From the NCBI GenBank assembly GCA_964016885.1, contig OZ024745.1, forward strand, positions 47,864,001 through 47,928,000: DNA of 64,000 bases, in the 5' to 3' direction. Below are positions 30,001-41,967 of the stretch, one piece after another. The position numbers were made by a program, and so were the translations under genes. Every line of letters begins with the position of its first letter. Positions within the stretch are counted from its first letter, which is position 1. Under the pieces are notes generated by a model. It saw only the letters and a program-made list of their open reading frames with translations, was not told the origin of the DNA and searched no databases. This DNA is from Eledone cirrhosa. Lineage: Eukaryota.

Positions 30001-33000
30001 ATAGCTTTCCTCTAGCTCATGACAACAATACTAGAAACGTTCTCTCTCAAGGTATAGCTTTCCTCTAGCTCATGACAACAGTACTAGAAACGTTCTCTTG
30101 CAAGGTATAGCTTTCCTGTAGCTCATGACAACAGTACTAGAAACGTTCTCTTGCAAGGTATAGCTTTCCTCTACCTCATGACAACAGTACTAGAAACGTT
30201 CTCTTGCAAGGTATAGCTTTCCTCTATCTCATCAGAACAGTACTAGAAACGTTCTCTTGCAAGGTATAGCTTTCCTCTAGCTGATGACAACAGTACTAGA
30301 AACGTTCTCTTGCAAGATATAGCTTTCCTCTCCCTCATGACAACAGTACTAGAAACGTTCTCTTGCAAGATATAGCTTTCCTCTCCCTCATGACAACAGT
30401 ACTAGAAACGTTCTCTTGCAAGGTATAGCTTTCCTCTAGCTGATGACAACAGTACTAGAAACGTTCTCTTGCAAGGTATAGCTTTCCTGTAGCTGATGAC
30501 AACAGTACTAGAAACGTTCTCTTGCAAGGTATAGCTTTCCTGTAGCTGATGACAACAGTACTAGAAACGTTCTCTTGCAAGGTATAGCTTTCCTCTACCT
30601 CATGACAACAGTACTAGAAACGTTCTCTTGCAAGGTATAGCTTTCCTCTCCCTCATGACAACAGTACTAGAAACGTTCTCTTGCAAGGTATAGCTTTCCT
30701 CTACCTCATGACAACAGTACTAGAAACGTTCTCTTGCAAGGTATAGCTTTCCTCTACCTCATGACAACAGTACTAGAAACGTTCTCTTGCAAGGTATAGC
30801 TTTCCTCTACCTCATGACAACAGTACTAGAAACGTTCTCTTGCAAGGTATAGCTTTCCTCTAGCTGATGACAACAGTACTAGAAACGCTCTCTTGCAAGG
30901 TATAGCTTTCCTCTACCTCATGACAACAGTACTAGAAACGTTCTCTTGCAAGGTATAGCTTTCCTCTACCTCATGACAACAGTACTAGAAACGCTCTCTT
31001 GCAAGTTATAGCTTTCCTCTACCTCATGACAACAGTACTAGAAACGTTCTCTTGCAAGGTATAGCTTTCCTGTAGCTGATGACAACAGTACTAGAAACGT
31101 TCTCTTGCAAGGTATAGCTTTCCTCTACCTCATGACAACAGTACTAGAAACGTTCTCTTGCAAGGTATAGCTTTCCTCTCCCTCATGACAACAGTACTAG
31201 AAACGTTCTCTTGCAAGGTATAGCTTTCCTCTACCTCATGACAACAGTACTAGAAACGTTCTCTTGCAAGGTATAGCTTTCCTCTACCTCATGACAACAG
31301 TACTAGAAACGTTCTCTTGCAAGGTATAGCTTTCCTCTACCTCATGACAACAGTACTAGAAACGTTCTCTTGCAAGGTATAGCTTTCCTCTAGCTGATGA
31401 CAACAGTACTAGAAACGCTCTCTTGCAAGGTATAGCTTTCCTCTACCTCATGACAACAGTACTAGAAACGTTCTCTTGCAAGGTATAGCTTTCCTCTACC
31501 TCATGACAACAGTACTAGAAACGCTCTCTTGCAAGTTATAGCTTTCCTCTACCTCATGACAACAGTACTAGAAACGTTCTCTTGCAAGGTATAGCTTTCC
31601 TCTACCTCATGACAACAGTACTAGAAACGTTCTCTTGCAAGGTATAGCTTTCCTCTAGCTGATGACAACAGTACTAGAAACGTTCTCTTGCAAGGTATAG
31701 CTTTCCTCTACCTCATGACACCAGTACTAGAAACGTTCTCTTGCAAGGTATAGCTTTCCTCTACCTCATGACAACAGTACTAGAAACGTTCTCTTGCAAG
31801 GTATAGCTTTCCTCTAGCTGATGACAACAGTACTAGAAACGTTCTCTTGCAAGGTATAGCTTTCCTCTACCTCATGACACCAGTACTAGAAACGTTCTCT
31901 TGCAAGGTATAGCTTTCCTCTACCTCATGACAACAGTACTAGAAACGTTCTCTTGCAAGGTATAGCTTTCCTCTACCTCATGACACCAGTACTAGAAACG
32001 TTCTCTTGCAAGGTATAGCTTTCCTCTACCTCATGACAACAGTACTAGAAACGTTCTCTTGCAAGGTATAGCTTTCCTCTAGCTGATGACAACAGTACTA
32101 GAAACGTTCTCTTGCAAGGTATAGCTTTCCTCTACCTCATGACACCAGTACTAGAAACGTTCTCTTGCAAGGTATAGCTTTCCTCTACCTCATGACAACA
32201 GTACTAGAAACGTTCTCTTGCAAGGTATAGCTTTCCTCTAGCTGATGACAACAGTACTAGAAACGTTCTCTTGCAAGGTATAGCTTTCCTCTACCTCATG
32301 ACACCAGTACTAGAAACGTTCTCTTGCAAGGTATAGCTTTCCTCTAGCTCATGACAACAGTACTAGAAACGTTCTCTTGCAAGGTATAGCTTTCCTCTAC
32401 CTCATGACACCAGTACTAGAAACGTTCTCTTGCAAGGTATAGCTTTCCTCTACCTCATGACAACAGTACTAGAAACGTTCTCTTGCAAGGTATAGCTTTC
32501 CTCTAGCTGATGACAACAGTACTAGAAACGTTCTCTTGCAAGGTATAGCTTTCCTCTAGCTGATGACAACAGTACTAGAAACGTTCTCTTGCAAGGTATA
32601 GCTTTCCTCTCCCTCATGACAACAGTACTAGAAACGTTCTCTTGCAAGATATAGCTTTCCTCTCCCTCATGACAACAGTACTAGAAACGTTCTCTTGCAA
32701 GGTATAGCTTTCCTCTAGCTCATGACAACAATACTAGAAACGTTCTCTTGCAAGGTATAGCTTTCCTGTAGCTGATGACAACAGTACTAGAAACGTTCTC
32801 TTGCAAGGTATAGCTTTCCTCTACCTCATGACACCAGTACTAGAAACGTTCTCTTGCAAGGTATAGCTTTCCTCTAGCTGATGACAACAGTACTAGAAAC
32901 GTTCTCTTGCAAGGTATAGCTTTCCTCTACCTCATGACACCAGTACTAGAAACGTTCTCTTGCAAGGTATAGCTTTCCTCTACCTCATGACAACAGTACT

Positions 33001-36000
33001 AGAAACGTTCTCTTGCAAGGTATAGCTTTCCTCTAGCTGATGACAACAGTACTAGAAACGTTCTCTTGCAAGGTATAGCTTTCCTCTACCTCATGACACC
33101 AGTACTAGAAACGTTCTCTTGCAAGGTATAGCTTTCCTCTACCTCATGACAACAGTACTAGAAACGTTCTCTTGCAAGGTATAGCTTTCCTCTACCTCAT
33201 GACACCAGTACTAGAAACGTTCTCTTGCAAGGTATAGCTTTCCTCTACCTCATGACAACAGTACTAGAAACGTTCTCTTGCAAGGTATAGCTTTCCTCTA
33301 GCTGATGACAACAGTACTAGAAACGTTCTCTTGCAAGGTATAGCTTTCCTCTACCTCATGACACCAGTACTAGAAACGTTCTCTTGCAAGGTATAGCTTT
33401 CCTCTACCTCATGACAACAGTACTAGAAACGTTCTCTTGCAAGGTATAGCTTTCCTCTAGCTGATGACAACAGTACTAGAAACGTTCTCTTGCAAGGTAT
33501 AGCTTTCCTCTACCTCATGACACCAGTACTAGAAACGTTCTCTTGCAAGGTATAGCTTTCCTCTAGCTCATGACAACAGTACTAGAAACGTTCTCTTGCA
33601 AGGTATAGCTTTCCTCTACCTCATGACACCAGTACTAGAAACGTTCTCTTGCAAGGTATAGCTTTCCTCTACCTCATGACAACAGTACTAGAAACGTTCT
33701 CTTGCAAGGTATAGCTTTCCTCTACCTCATCACAACAGTACTAGAAACGTTCTCTTGCAAGGTATAGCTTTCTTCTACCTCATGACAACAGTACTAGAAA
33801 CGTTCTCTTGCAAGGTATAGCTTTCCTCTAGCTGATGACAACAGTACTAGAAACGTTCTCTTGCAAGGTATAGCTTTCCTCTACCTCATCACAACAGTAC
33901 TAGAAACGTTCTCTTGCAAGGTATAGCTTTCTTCTACCTCATGACAACAGTACTAGAAACGTTCTCTTGCAAGGTATAGCTTTCCTCTAGCTGATGACAA
34001 CAGTACTAGAAACGTTCTCTTGCAAGGTATAGCTTTCCTCTACCTCATCACAACAGTACTAGAAACGTTCTCTTGCAAGGTATAGCTTTCTTCTACCTCA
34101 TGACAACAGTACTAGAAACGTTCTCTTGCAAGGTATAGCTTTCCTCTAGCTGATGACAACAGTACTAGAAACGTTCTCTTGCAAGGTATAGCTTTCCTCT
34201 AGCTGATGACAACAGTACTAGAAACGTTCTCTTGCAAGGTATAGCTTTCCTCTCCCTCATGACAACAGTACTAGAAACGTTCTCTTGCAAGATATAGCTT
34301 TCCTCTCCCTCATGACAACAGTACTAGAAACGTTCTCTTGCAAGGTATAGCTTTCCTCTAGCTCATGACAACAATACTAGAAACGTTCTCTTGCAAGGTA
34401 TAGCTTTCCTGTAGCTGATGACAACAGTACTAGAAACGTTCTCTTGCCAGGTATAGCTTTCCTCTAGCTCATGACAACAATACTAGAAACGTTCTCTCTC
34501 AAGGTATAGCTTTCCTCTAGCTGATGACAACAGTACTAGAAACGTTCTCTTGCAAGGTATAGCTTTCCTCTAGCTGATGACAACAGTACTAGAAACGTTC
34601 TCTTGCAAGGTATAGCTTTCCTCTCCCTCATGACAACAGTACTAGAAACGTTCTCTTGCAAGATATAGCTTTCCTCTCCCTCATGACAACAGTACTAGAA
34701 ACGTTCTCTTGCAAGGTATAGCTTTCCTCTAGCTCATGACAACAATACTAGAAACGTTCTCTTGCAAGGTATAGCTTTCCTGTAGCTGATGACAACAGTA
34801 CTAGAAACGTTCTCTTGCCAGGTATAGCTTTCCTCTAGCTCATGACAACAATACTAGAAACGTTCTCTCTCAAGGTATAGCTTTCCTCTAGCTGATGACA
34901 ACAGTACTAGAAACGTTCTCTTGCAAGGTATAGCTTTCCTCTAGCTGATGACAACAGTACTAGAAACGTTCTCTTGCAAGGTATAGCTTTCCTCTCCCTC
35001 ATGACAACAGTACTAGAAACGTTCTCTTGCAAGATATAGCTTTCCTCTCCCTCATGACAACAGTACTAGAAACGTTCTCTTGCAAGGTATAGCTTTCCTC
35101 TAGCTCATGACAACAATACTAGAAACGTTCTCTTGCAAGGTATAGCTTTCCTGTAGCTGATGACAACAGTACTAGAAACGTTCTCTTGCCAGGTATAGCT
35201 TTCCTCTAGCTCATGACAACAATACTAGAAACGTTCTCTCTCAAGGTATAGCTTTCCTCTAGCTGATGACAACAGTACTAGAAACGTTCTCTTGCAAGGT
35301 ATAGCTTTCCTCTAGCTGATGACAACAGTACTAGAAACGTTCTCTTGCAAGGTATAGCTTTCCTCTCCCTCATGACAACAGTACTAGAAACGTTCTCTTG
35401 CAAGATATAGCTTTCCTCTCCCTCATGACAACAGTACTAGAAACGTTCTCTTGCAAGGTATAGCTTTCCTCTAGCTCATGACAACAATACTAGAAACGTT
35501 CTCTTGCAAGGTATAGCTTTCCTGTAGCTGATGACAACAATACTAGAAACGTTCTCTTGCAAGGTATAGCTTTCCTCTACCTCATGACAACAATACTAGA
35601 AACGTTCTCTTGCAAGGTATAGCTTTCCTCTACCTCATGACAACAGTACTAGAAACGTTCTCTTGCCAGGTATAGCTTTCCTCTAGCTCATGACAACAAT
35701 ACTAGAAACGTTCTCTCTCAAGGTATAGCTTTCCTCTAGCTGATGACAACAGTACTAGAAACGTTCTCTTGCAAGGTATAGCTTTCCTCTACCTCATCAG
35801 AACAGTACTAGAAACGTTCTCTTGCAAGGTATAGCTTTCCTCTAGCTGATGACAACAGTACTAGAAACGTTCTCTTGCAAGATATAGCTTTCCTCTCCCT
35901 CATGACAACAGTACTAGAAACGTTCTCTTGCAAGATATAGCTTTCCTCTCCCTCATGACAACAGTACTAGAAACGTTCTCTTGCAAGGTATAGCTTTCCT

Positions 36001-36060
36001 CTAGCTGATGACAACAGTACTAGAAACGTTCTCTTGCAAGGTATAGCTTTCCTCTACCTC
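1..36060. repeat. 53-bp tandem satellite array, ~680 monomers, truncated by the left window edge
   Basis: Consensus AGTACTAGAAACGTTCTCTTGCAAGGTATAGCTTTCCTCTA(G/C)CT(C/G)ATGACAAC repeats head-to-tail with no spacers. It ends abruptly at ...CCTCTACCTC|AAGCAGGAG (36060). A few 57-bp monomers carry a CTTG duplication. The ORF track has no ORF here. Confidence 0.99.
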
Positions 36061-36426
36061 AAGCAGGAGTTGGTTGTATGAATTGAGCCATAGGCCCAGC
36101 AAATCAACCAGTTTACCATCTCTTAAAACTTTTAAGTATTCCCCTCATCTATATGAGGGAGTGTTGAATATGAAATTGGGAAAGGAGTTAGGCTGAGAAC
36201 ATTTTCAGCATACACTTTTATATCTCTCAGAAACAGTATATAGTACATTATATGAACAACTAATAAACAACAATAAACACTTGAATATTGAAGCAAGTAA
36301 ATATATTTCCAATTATATTTTAGATTTAATGAGAGAGAGTAGTAAGTTTTTAACAAGTGTTACAAAATATTTCTAGTTGAAAATAATTACCATGACATGA
36401 AGAAAATGTTAAGAAATTTGATTTCG

Positions 36427-36537
36427 TATTTCTTTAGGGTATAGGAAAACAAGATAGAGATTGAAATCAATCTTAACATATTTCTTTAGGGTATATGAGA
36501 ACAAGATAGCGATTGAAAATTGAAAACAATCTTAACA
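36427..36537. repeat. Two-copy tandem duplication, ~52-bp unit
   Basis: TATTTCTTTAGGGTATAGGAAAACAAGATAGAGATTGAAATCAATCTTAACA is followed by a slightly diverged copy with an extra TTGAAAA. Confidence 0.85.
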
Positions 36538-36674
36538 GGTATTTATTTTTCTCAAAGAGTGACATGATTAAAGGTCAAAATATTATTTTGATCCCTACCA
36601 AGTAAAGTACACATGCCTGCATGTTTGTTAACTCTTAAAATCCTGTAATAATTTCACAGAAAATATCTAAAACA

Positions 36675-36915
36675 TAGGTTTGTTAGTTCAAACATTTACA
36701 GTATTCTTACTAGTGGACAGATCAATGGAAATATTTTTAGTATTAATATGATGCAGTCAAGGTGCCATTCTTTTCAAGAATGTCTTACTAATGTGGTATC
36801 ATATGGTTTGTTACTTCAAATTTTTATAGTATCTTTACTAGTGGACAAACTTTTGTGAAAATTTGTAGTTCTAGAGTAGACTTTAATTTTTAATGTGATG
36901 CAGTTATGGTGCTGA
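36675..36915. repeat. Older diverged direct duplication (~130-150 bp unit)
   Basis: GGTTTGTTA(G/C)TTCAAA...TTACTAGTGGACA and TTAAT(A/G)TGATGCAGT..GGTGC each occur twice in the same order. Confidence 0.65.
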
Positions 36916-37735
36916 TTCATGTGGTACAGGATGTTAACAGTTAACAATATTCATGTCTTCATACATTAGATTTAACAAAAATAAGAAAAAGAAGTTTCAA
37001 ACATGTTTCATGCTGCACATTTTCTTGTATTTACTAGGTTTTCAGATAAATAAATATGAGGCATGTCAGATTTTTGAAAATGTGATTATATGTATTATGT
37101 ACGTATGTAAGTATATAAGAAAAAAAATATTTATATCAATAAACGAAAGATGTCTAAAATCTATGCAATGAATTTTGGACATATTTCTTGGTTTTCTTAA
37201 AATGAAATTTGCTTATTCTTCACATCTATGACAAAAGGAAAAAAAAGTTAAACTACAATGATGATATTACTAATTAGTTGAAATATGTTGTCATTTTAAT
37301 ATAATTTATTTTAAAATGTTATTATTGCTTAAGTTTAAAATGCTATTTTGAGAAGATTAAAAATATTTAATATTTATTTTAACAGGAAGATAAAAAATAT
37401 AGAAGCTTTGAGAGAACATAAGAAAGAATAAAGGGATGGGGAGAGAAACATTATAAAACACATGAGAATGTTTGTATAACATGTTTTCAGGTCCTTTCAG
37501 CAACTATTCACAAAAATGTGACAGCATGTATGTTCTTCTGGTTTTATAATTTTATAAATTTTTACCAACACAGAGTCGGTTTCTAACATAGACACAAGAT
37601 TCTCTCATTGGAACATGTATGTATGTATGTATGTATGTATGTATGTATGTATATGGTGTCTGTATATTAAGAAAAAGATCAAAGTTTCTGTTCAACATAT
37701 TAGTGTAACATGTGTTTCATAAATCACCAACTGAC

Positions 37736-37772
<37 letters not shown>

Positions 37773-37984
37773 CCAGCCAAGTAAAGTATGTTGAAAGAAT
37801 ATCTCACTAATTGTATTTTATAGAACTGGTTCATGCCAATGCAGATCACTACAAGATTTCTTGGTTTCTCTAGTTCTTCAGTTTATATCAAATACCTATC
37901 TTTAAAATAGATTAATTAGGCTTCAGTCTTATTATTAGGCTCAAATTATTATTAAAGTGTTGGAAGAGAAAAATCAACTATTAA

Positions 37985-38320
37985 ACCCTTTTGATACAAA
38001 CCCTCTTGCAACTGTGCCTGGTTCTATCACAAACACCTGTTTGTTTTAAAGTGTTCACATTTAACTTCTAACATTATGTAATGATTTGATGCAGCCATAC
38101 TGCTGTTTTGTACTTGTACTTTTCAAGAATATCTTGCTAATGCAGTTTCATGTAGTGTAAGACTTTCTGTTATAATTTTTGGTAAAAACTTCTTAAGTTA
38201 TGTTCTAACACCAACTTAATATTGAGAAAGTTAGTTATATTATTATATCCTTTCACAATTTTAATTATTTAAAAAAATCATAGGCAGTATATTTAATTAG
38301 AAATATGGTAGCTAAAGGGT
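37985..38320. mobile_element. Degenerate piggyBac-type MITE (family A)
   Basis: Ends CCCTTTTGATAC... and ...GAAATATGGTAGCTAAAGGG. Related copies lie at ~43132, ~60540 and ~63710. Confidence 0.55.
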
Positions 38321-38326
38321 TGTGTT

Positions 38327-38361
<35 letters not shown>

Positions 38362-38445
38362 GGCATGAGAAATGCCAAAAACAGAAAGTGAAAAGAATTT
38401 TAAAAAAAATAATGCTGAAGACTTCAAATATGACAAAGTTTAGAC

Positions 38446-38828
38446 CATTGTTCCCCAAAGTGGGCGGTGCTTTGATATCAGGGGGCGGTTGGGGGGCGAC
38501 AGTGTAGTATTAAAAAAAAAACAAGCTATTTATTGTTTAAATTTTAAACAATAAATAGCTTCTTTTTTTCTTTTTTTTTACAAATATATTGCATATGTAT
38601 ATTAAGCATTTATATAGACATCTATGAGATTGTGTAGATTCTACACAATCTCATAGATGTCTTTATTCTTATTGGCAAAATCACATTCCTTTTACATCTA
38701 TGTTACTAATGATAAACTAACATCACCATCATTGTTTAATGTCCACTTTCTCTGCTAGTAAGGTTTGGATGTGTCATCACAGACTGATGGTGGGGGGTGC
38801 GGTGGCCCCAAAAGTTTGAGAACCTCTG
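38446..38828. mobile_element. Non-autonomous hAT-superfamily MITE
   Basis: Exact 8-bp target-site duplication GTTTAGAC (38438-38445 and 38829-38836). Imperfect TIRs CATTGTTCCCCAAAGT / revcomp CAGAGGTTCTCAAACT and G-rich subterminal motifs. Confidence 0.85.
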
Positions 38829-38878
38829 GTTTAGACATTGTTGAAACATTTTAAAAGAAAAGAGCTGATTGCCAACTA

Positions 38879-39180
38879 TGTTTCCATTGCTGATATTATT
38901 TGCCAATCTCAACTCCTGGCAGAAGTGTCACTATTTTCTGGTAATAGAAAGCACGATTTGAACTAAGAATGTACAGGGCTGGAATAGATACACCAAAGCA
39001 TCTCATTCAAGTCTTAAACAATTTTGTCAATCCACCACTTCTAGAAGGTAATTTATTTATCAAACCCCAGAAAGATGAAAGGCAAATTTGACTTTGGCAA
39101 GATTTGAACTCAGAGTTCAGAGATCTTTAACAAATATAGTGGCATATAATTTGATGCTCTAGTGATTCGGTCAAATTGCT
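38879..39180 (-). mobile_element. Dimeric tRNA-derived SINE
   Basis: Two B-box-like motifs (plus-strand ATTTGAACT at ~38956 and ~39102) flank the conserved core TTTATC..CCCC.GAAAGATGAAAGGCAAA. Confidence 0.75.
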
Positions 39181-39277
39181 AAAAGCAGAGACAGAGCAAA
39201 ATAGCAAAATATAGACATAGTTAAAACATAGGAAAGGAGAGGAAAGAAGCCAATCATTAGATTGGACTAAGGGAATC

Positions 39278-39549
39278 ATGTTTCCATTGTTGACACTTCC
39301 AGAAGTTTCACCACTTCTCTGGTGGTAGGAGGTGAGATTTGAACTCGGAATGCACAGAGTATGGACAGATACTGACTCTTTAACAATTCCGCCACTCGAT
39401 CACTCCTGAACTGGTACTCTATTTATCCTTCCTCAAAAAGATGAAAGGCGAAATCAACCTCAGCAGGGTTTGAACTTGGAGTGCAGAGAACCAGAACAAA
39501 TTAGAGATATTTTATCTGCTGCTTTAACAGCTCTGCTAATTCACTGCCT
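39278..39549 (-). mobile_element. Dimeric tRNA-derived SINE
   Basis: Same layout: TGTTTCCATTG tail, ATTTGAACTC (~39337), core ACTGGTACT...GATGAAAGGCGAAA, then GTTTGAACTT (~39468). Confidence 0.75.
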
Positions 39550-39807
39550 ACAATAGAAAGTAATAATAGTTGAAGAAAAATCAGAGTAACTAGCTAAAAA
39601 TGATGCAATAATCAAATTTCTTCAAAGCTATCAAAGAAATCTTAAAATATCAGATAATATTTCTGAGAAAAACATTTGAGTATCTATGAATCTAATAAAT
39701 TTAAATAAAAATGAAATAAACATGTAAATAGGAGCTCCTTCCCCAATTTTTTTAATCAGTTGAGGGAAGAGCTATCCTGAGATATTGTAATAAACTTAAT
39801 GATGAAT

Positions 39808-39840
<33 letters not shown>

Positions 39841-40041
39841 GTGTAGATTTACCTATCCATTCAACCCTCTGCACAGGCATCCACACAAATGCACTTGCAA
39901 GCTCACACAAACACCCACACACATTCGCTGGTCTTGAAAATGAAAAAGCAAATATAGAAAATAGTACTTCAAAAGTTTTTTTTACAGAATATATATAATA
40001 AAATGTTATAGTTTGCTTGAAGCATTGTATATAACATATAA

Positions 40042-40151
40042 CGTTGAAAGAGATAGAAGGTTGAAGAACACAAAATGCGCTGTAAGATGAGGTAATGTCA
40101 CCTCATCTTCCAGTCCATTTTGAATTGTTCAGCCTTCTATCTCTTTCAATG
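40042..40151. other. ~110-bp near-perfect hairpin/palindrome
   Basis: TTGAAAGAGATAGAAGG pairs with CCTTCTATCTCTTTCAA, CAAAATG with CATTTTG, and AAGATGAGGT with ACCTCATCTT around a 6-nt loop (AATGTC). Confidence 0.9.
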
Positions 40152-40246
40152 GTGTGTGTGTGTGTGTGTGTGTGTGGTGTGGTGTGGTGTGGTGTGGTGT
40201 GGTGTGGTGTGGTGTGGTGTGGTGTGGTGTGGTGTGGTGTGGTGTG

Positions 40247-40282
<36 letters not shown>

Positions 40283-40292
40283 TATATATATG
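40152..40292. repeat. Compound microsatellite (GT)n-(GGTGT)n-(GT)n-(AT)n
   Basis: Directly visible. Confidence 0.97.
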
Positions 40293-41692
40293 TAGGTGAA
40301 CCAAAGATATAAAAGAAACTGATAAAATAAATAAAATTAGCAGATAGGTGATGAAAGTTAAAAGTTATAAAGAATGCAGAACCTTTTTTTTTCCTGATTT
40401 ATTGATAAAAAAATCATCATTAGCAACAACAACAACAACAGTAATAACAAGAATCTTTTCATATGAAAAGTCAATAAGTTATACCTATATACAATTGAAA
40501 CAGAGACATCTCCAAATTCAAACATAATAAGCAAACAAAAAGTTAGTTTCAGATACAATGTATGGCTGAAATATTTACATATACAATACACCAGTCAAAA
40601 AAAATTGTTAAAATAATAGAGAAAAATAAAATAATATTAAGCATATACAGAATCATACAACATGTAGGCGAGAGATTGGAGACATCTATAAATAAAGAAA
40701 ACATTATTTATTGATATCAAAATGTAGCAAAAGTTAGCTGAGCTGTGTTGAAAATTTGTTGCTAATCTATATAGCCATCAAGTTTTAATAGTAAAACAAA
40801 AGAGCTAAAGTCAGCATCCTATAACTATTATTAGCTTGGTGGAGGTGACGTGCATTAAGAAAACAAAAATGAAAAAGATTCTTTTGAGTTGAAGAAGAAT
40901 TAATTAGGTAGTGGATAATTGCATGACACAATTGTTATAGAAATAAATCAACTACGGGATTTTTTTTTTTTATATTAATAAGACATTATTAAAAGTCTCA
41001 TCATTTGGGTATGGATTCTTTTGACTTTATCTGCTATCCAACAGATTCCACACTACCAACGAAAGATATGCAATTTAAATCACAGAAAACATTAATATCT
41101 TAATGATAGTAAATGAACGGAAATAAAGAATTGTTTTTGGTTGTTTTTTGTGTTTTTTTAGTAAATACAAGCAGAAGGTGGGGTAAGGGAATAAAAAGGT
41201 AACAAAAGTAACTGAGAATATGATGAATAATAATAAATAATACTTGTTTAAATTTCAAAACAAAATGAAGCATGCAGACATGAAAGAGAATAAAGGAAAT
41301 GTAATTAAATAAATGATATCTATGAAATAGTTTTATTAAACTATACAACCCCAACCACAGAGAACTGAATTTTGATTATTATTATTATCATTATATAAGT
41401 ATCGATTTACATACAAATCACTGTCATAGACACATACAATTAATTAGCTAGCTTTCAGGTGAAAAAAAAAAATCAAACTATTACCTGATTGTACTAATTT
41501 CTGATTAATATAACTCTCAGTATATTAGTTTCAGTTAACATTGCTCAGAGGTACAAAGTTAACACATAGTTACACATTATTGGTCCACTTGAAACTAAAA
41601 TAAATGTGTCTTAAACTAAAAGTTCCTATCAAAAATAAAGAAAATACAGTATGCTTACATAATGTCATTTGCATATTTTTTATATTTTAAAA

Positions 41693-41896
41693 TATTGATT
41701 TCTAATTTAGGCACAAGACCATAAATTTTGGGGGAGGGGAAAGTTGCTTATGTCAATCCCAGAACTTAACTGGTACTTTATTTTATCGATCCTGGAAGGA
41801 TGAAAGGCGAAGTTGAACTCAGAAAGTAAAGAGCCAGAACAAAAACTGCTAAGCATTTGTCTGATGCTCTAACAACTCTGCCAATCCACTGTCCTT
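41693..41896 (-). mobile_element. Monomeric tRNA-derived SINE with conserved central core
   Basis: Minus strand reads an A-box-like TGGCAGAGTTGTTAG, a B-box-like GAGTTCAA, then GCCTTTCATCCTTCCAGGATCGATAAAATAAAGTACCAG, which resembles the Nin/Deu-type SINE core. Confidence 0.8.
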
Positions 41897-41967
41897 TTAT
41901 CTTTTAAAATATTAAAAGGAAAGAAGTTAATTGTCAGATCCGATGAAGGAAATAATGTTTTGATCGG

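Noticed and set aside
1-36060. CRISPR array
   Set aside because: There are no unique spacers, the monomers are contiguous, no cas genes are present and the context is eukaryotic.
36427-36537. 52-bp duplication as a degenerate continuation or ancestor of the 53-bp satellite
   Set aside because: Only the short GGTATAG word is shared; the similar unit length looks coincidental.
41693-41896. tRNA genes at the A/B-box-like motifs
   Set aside because: No cloverleaf is evident, and the motifs are embedded in repeated SINE bodies.
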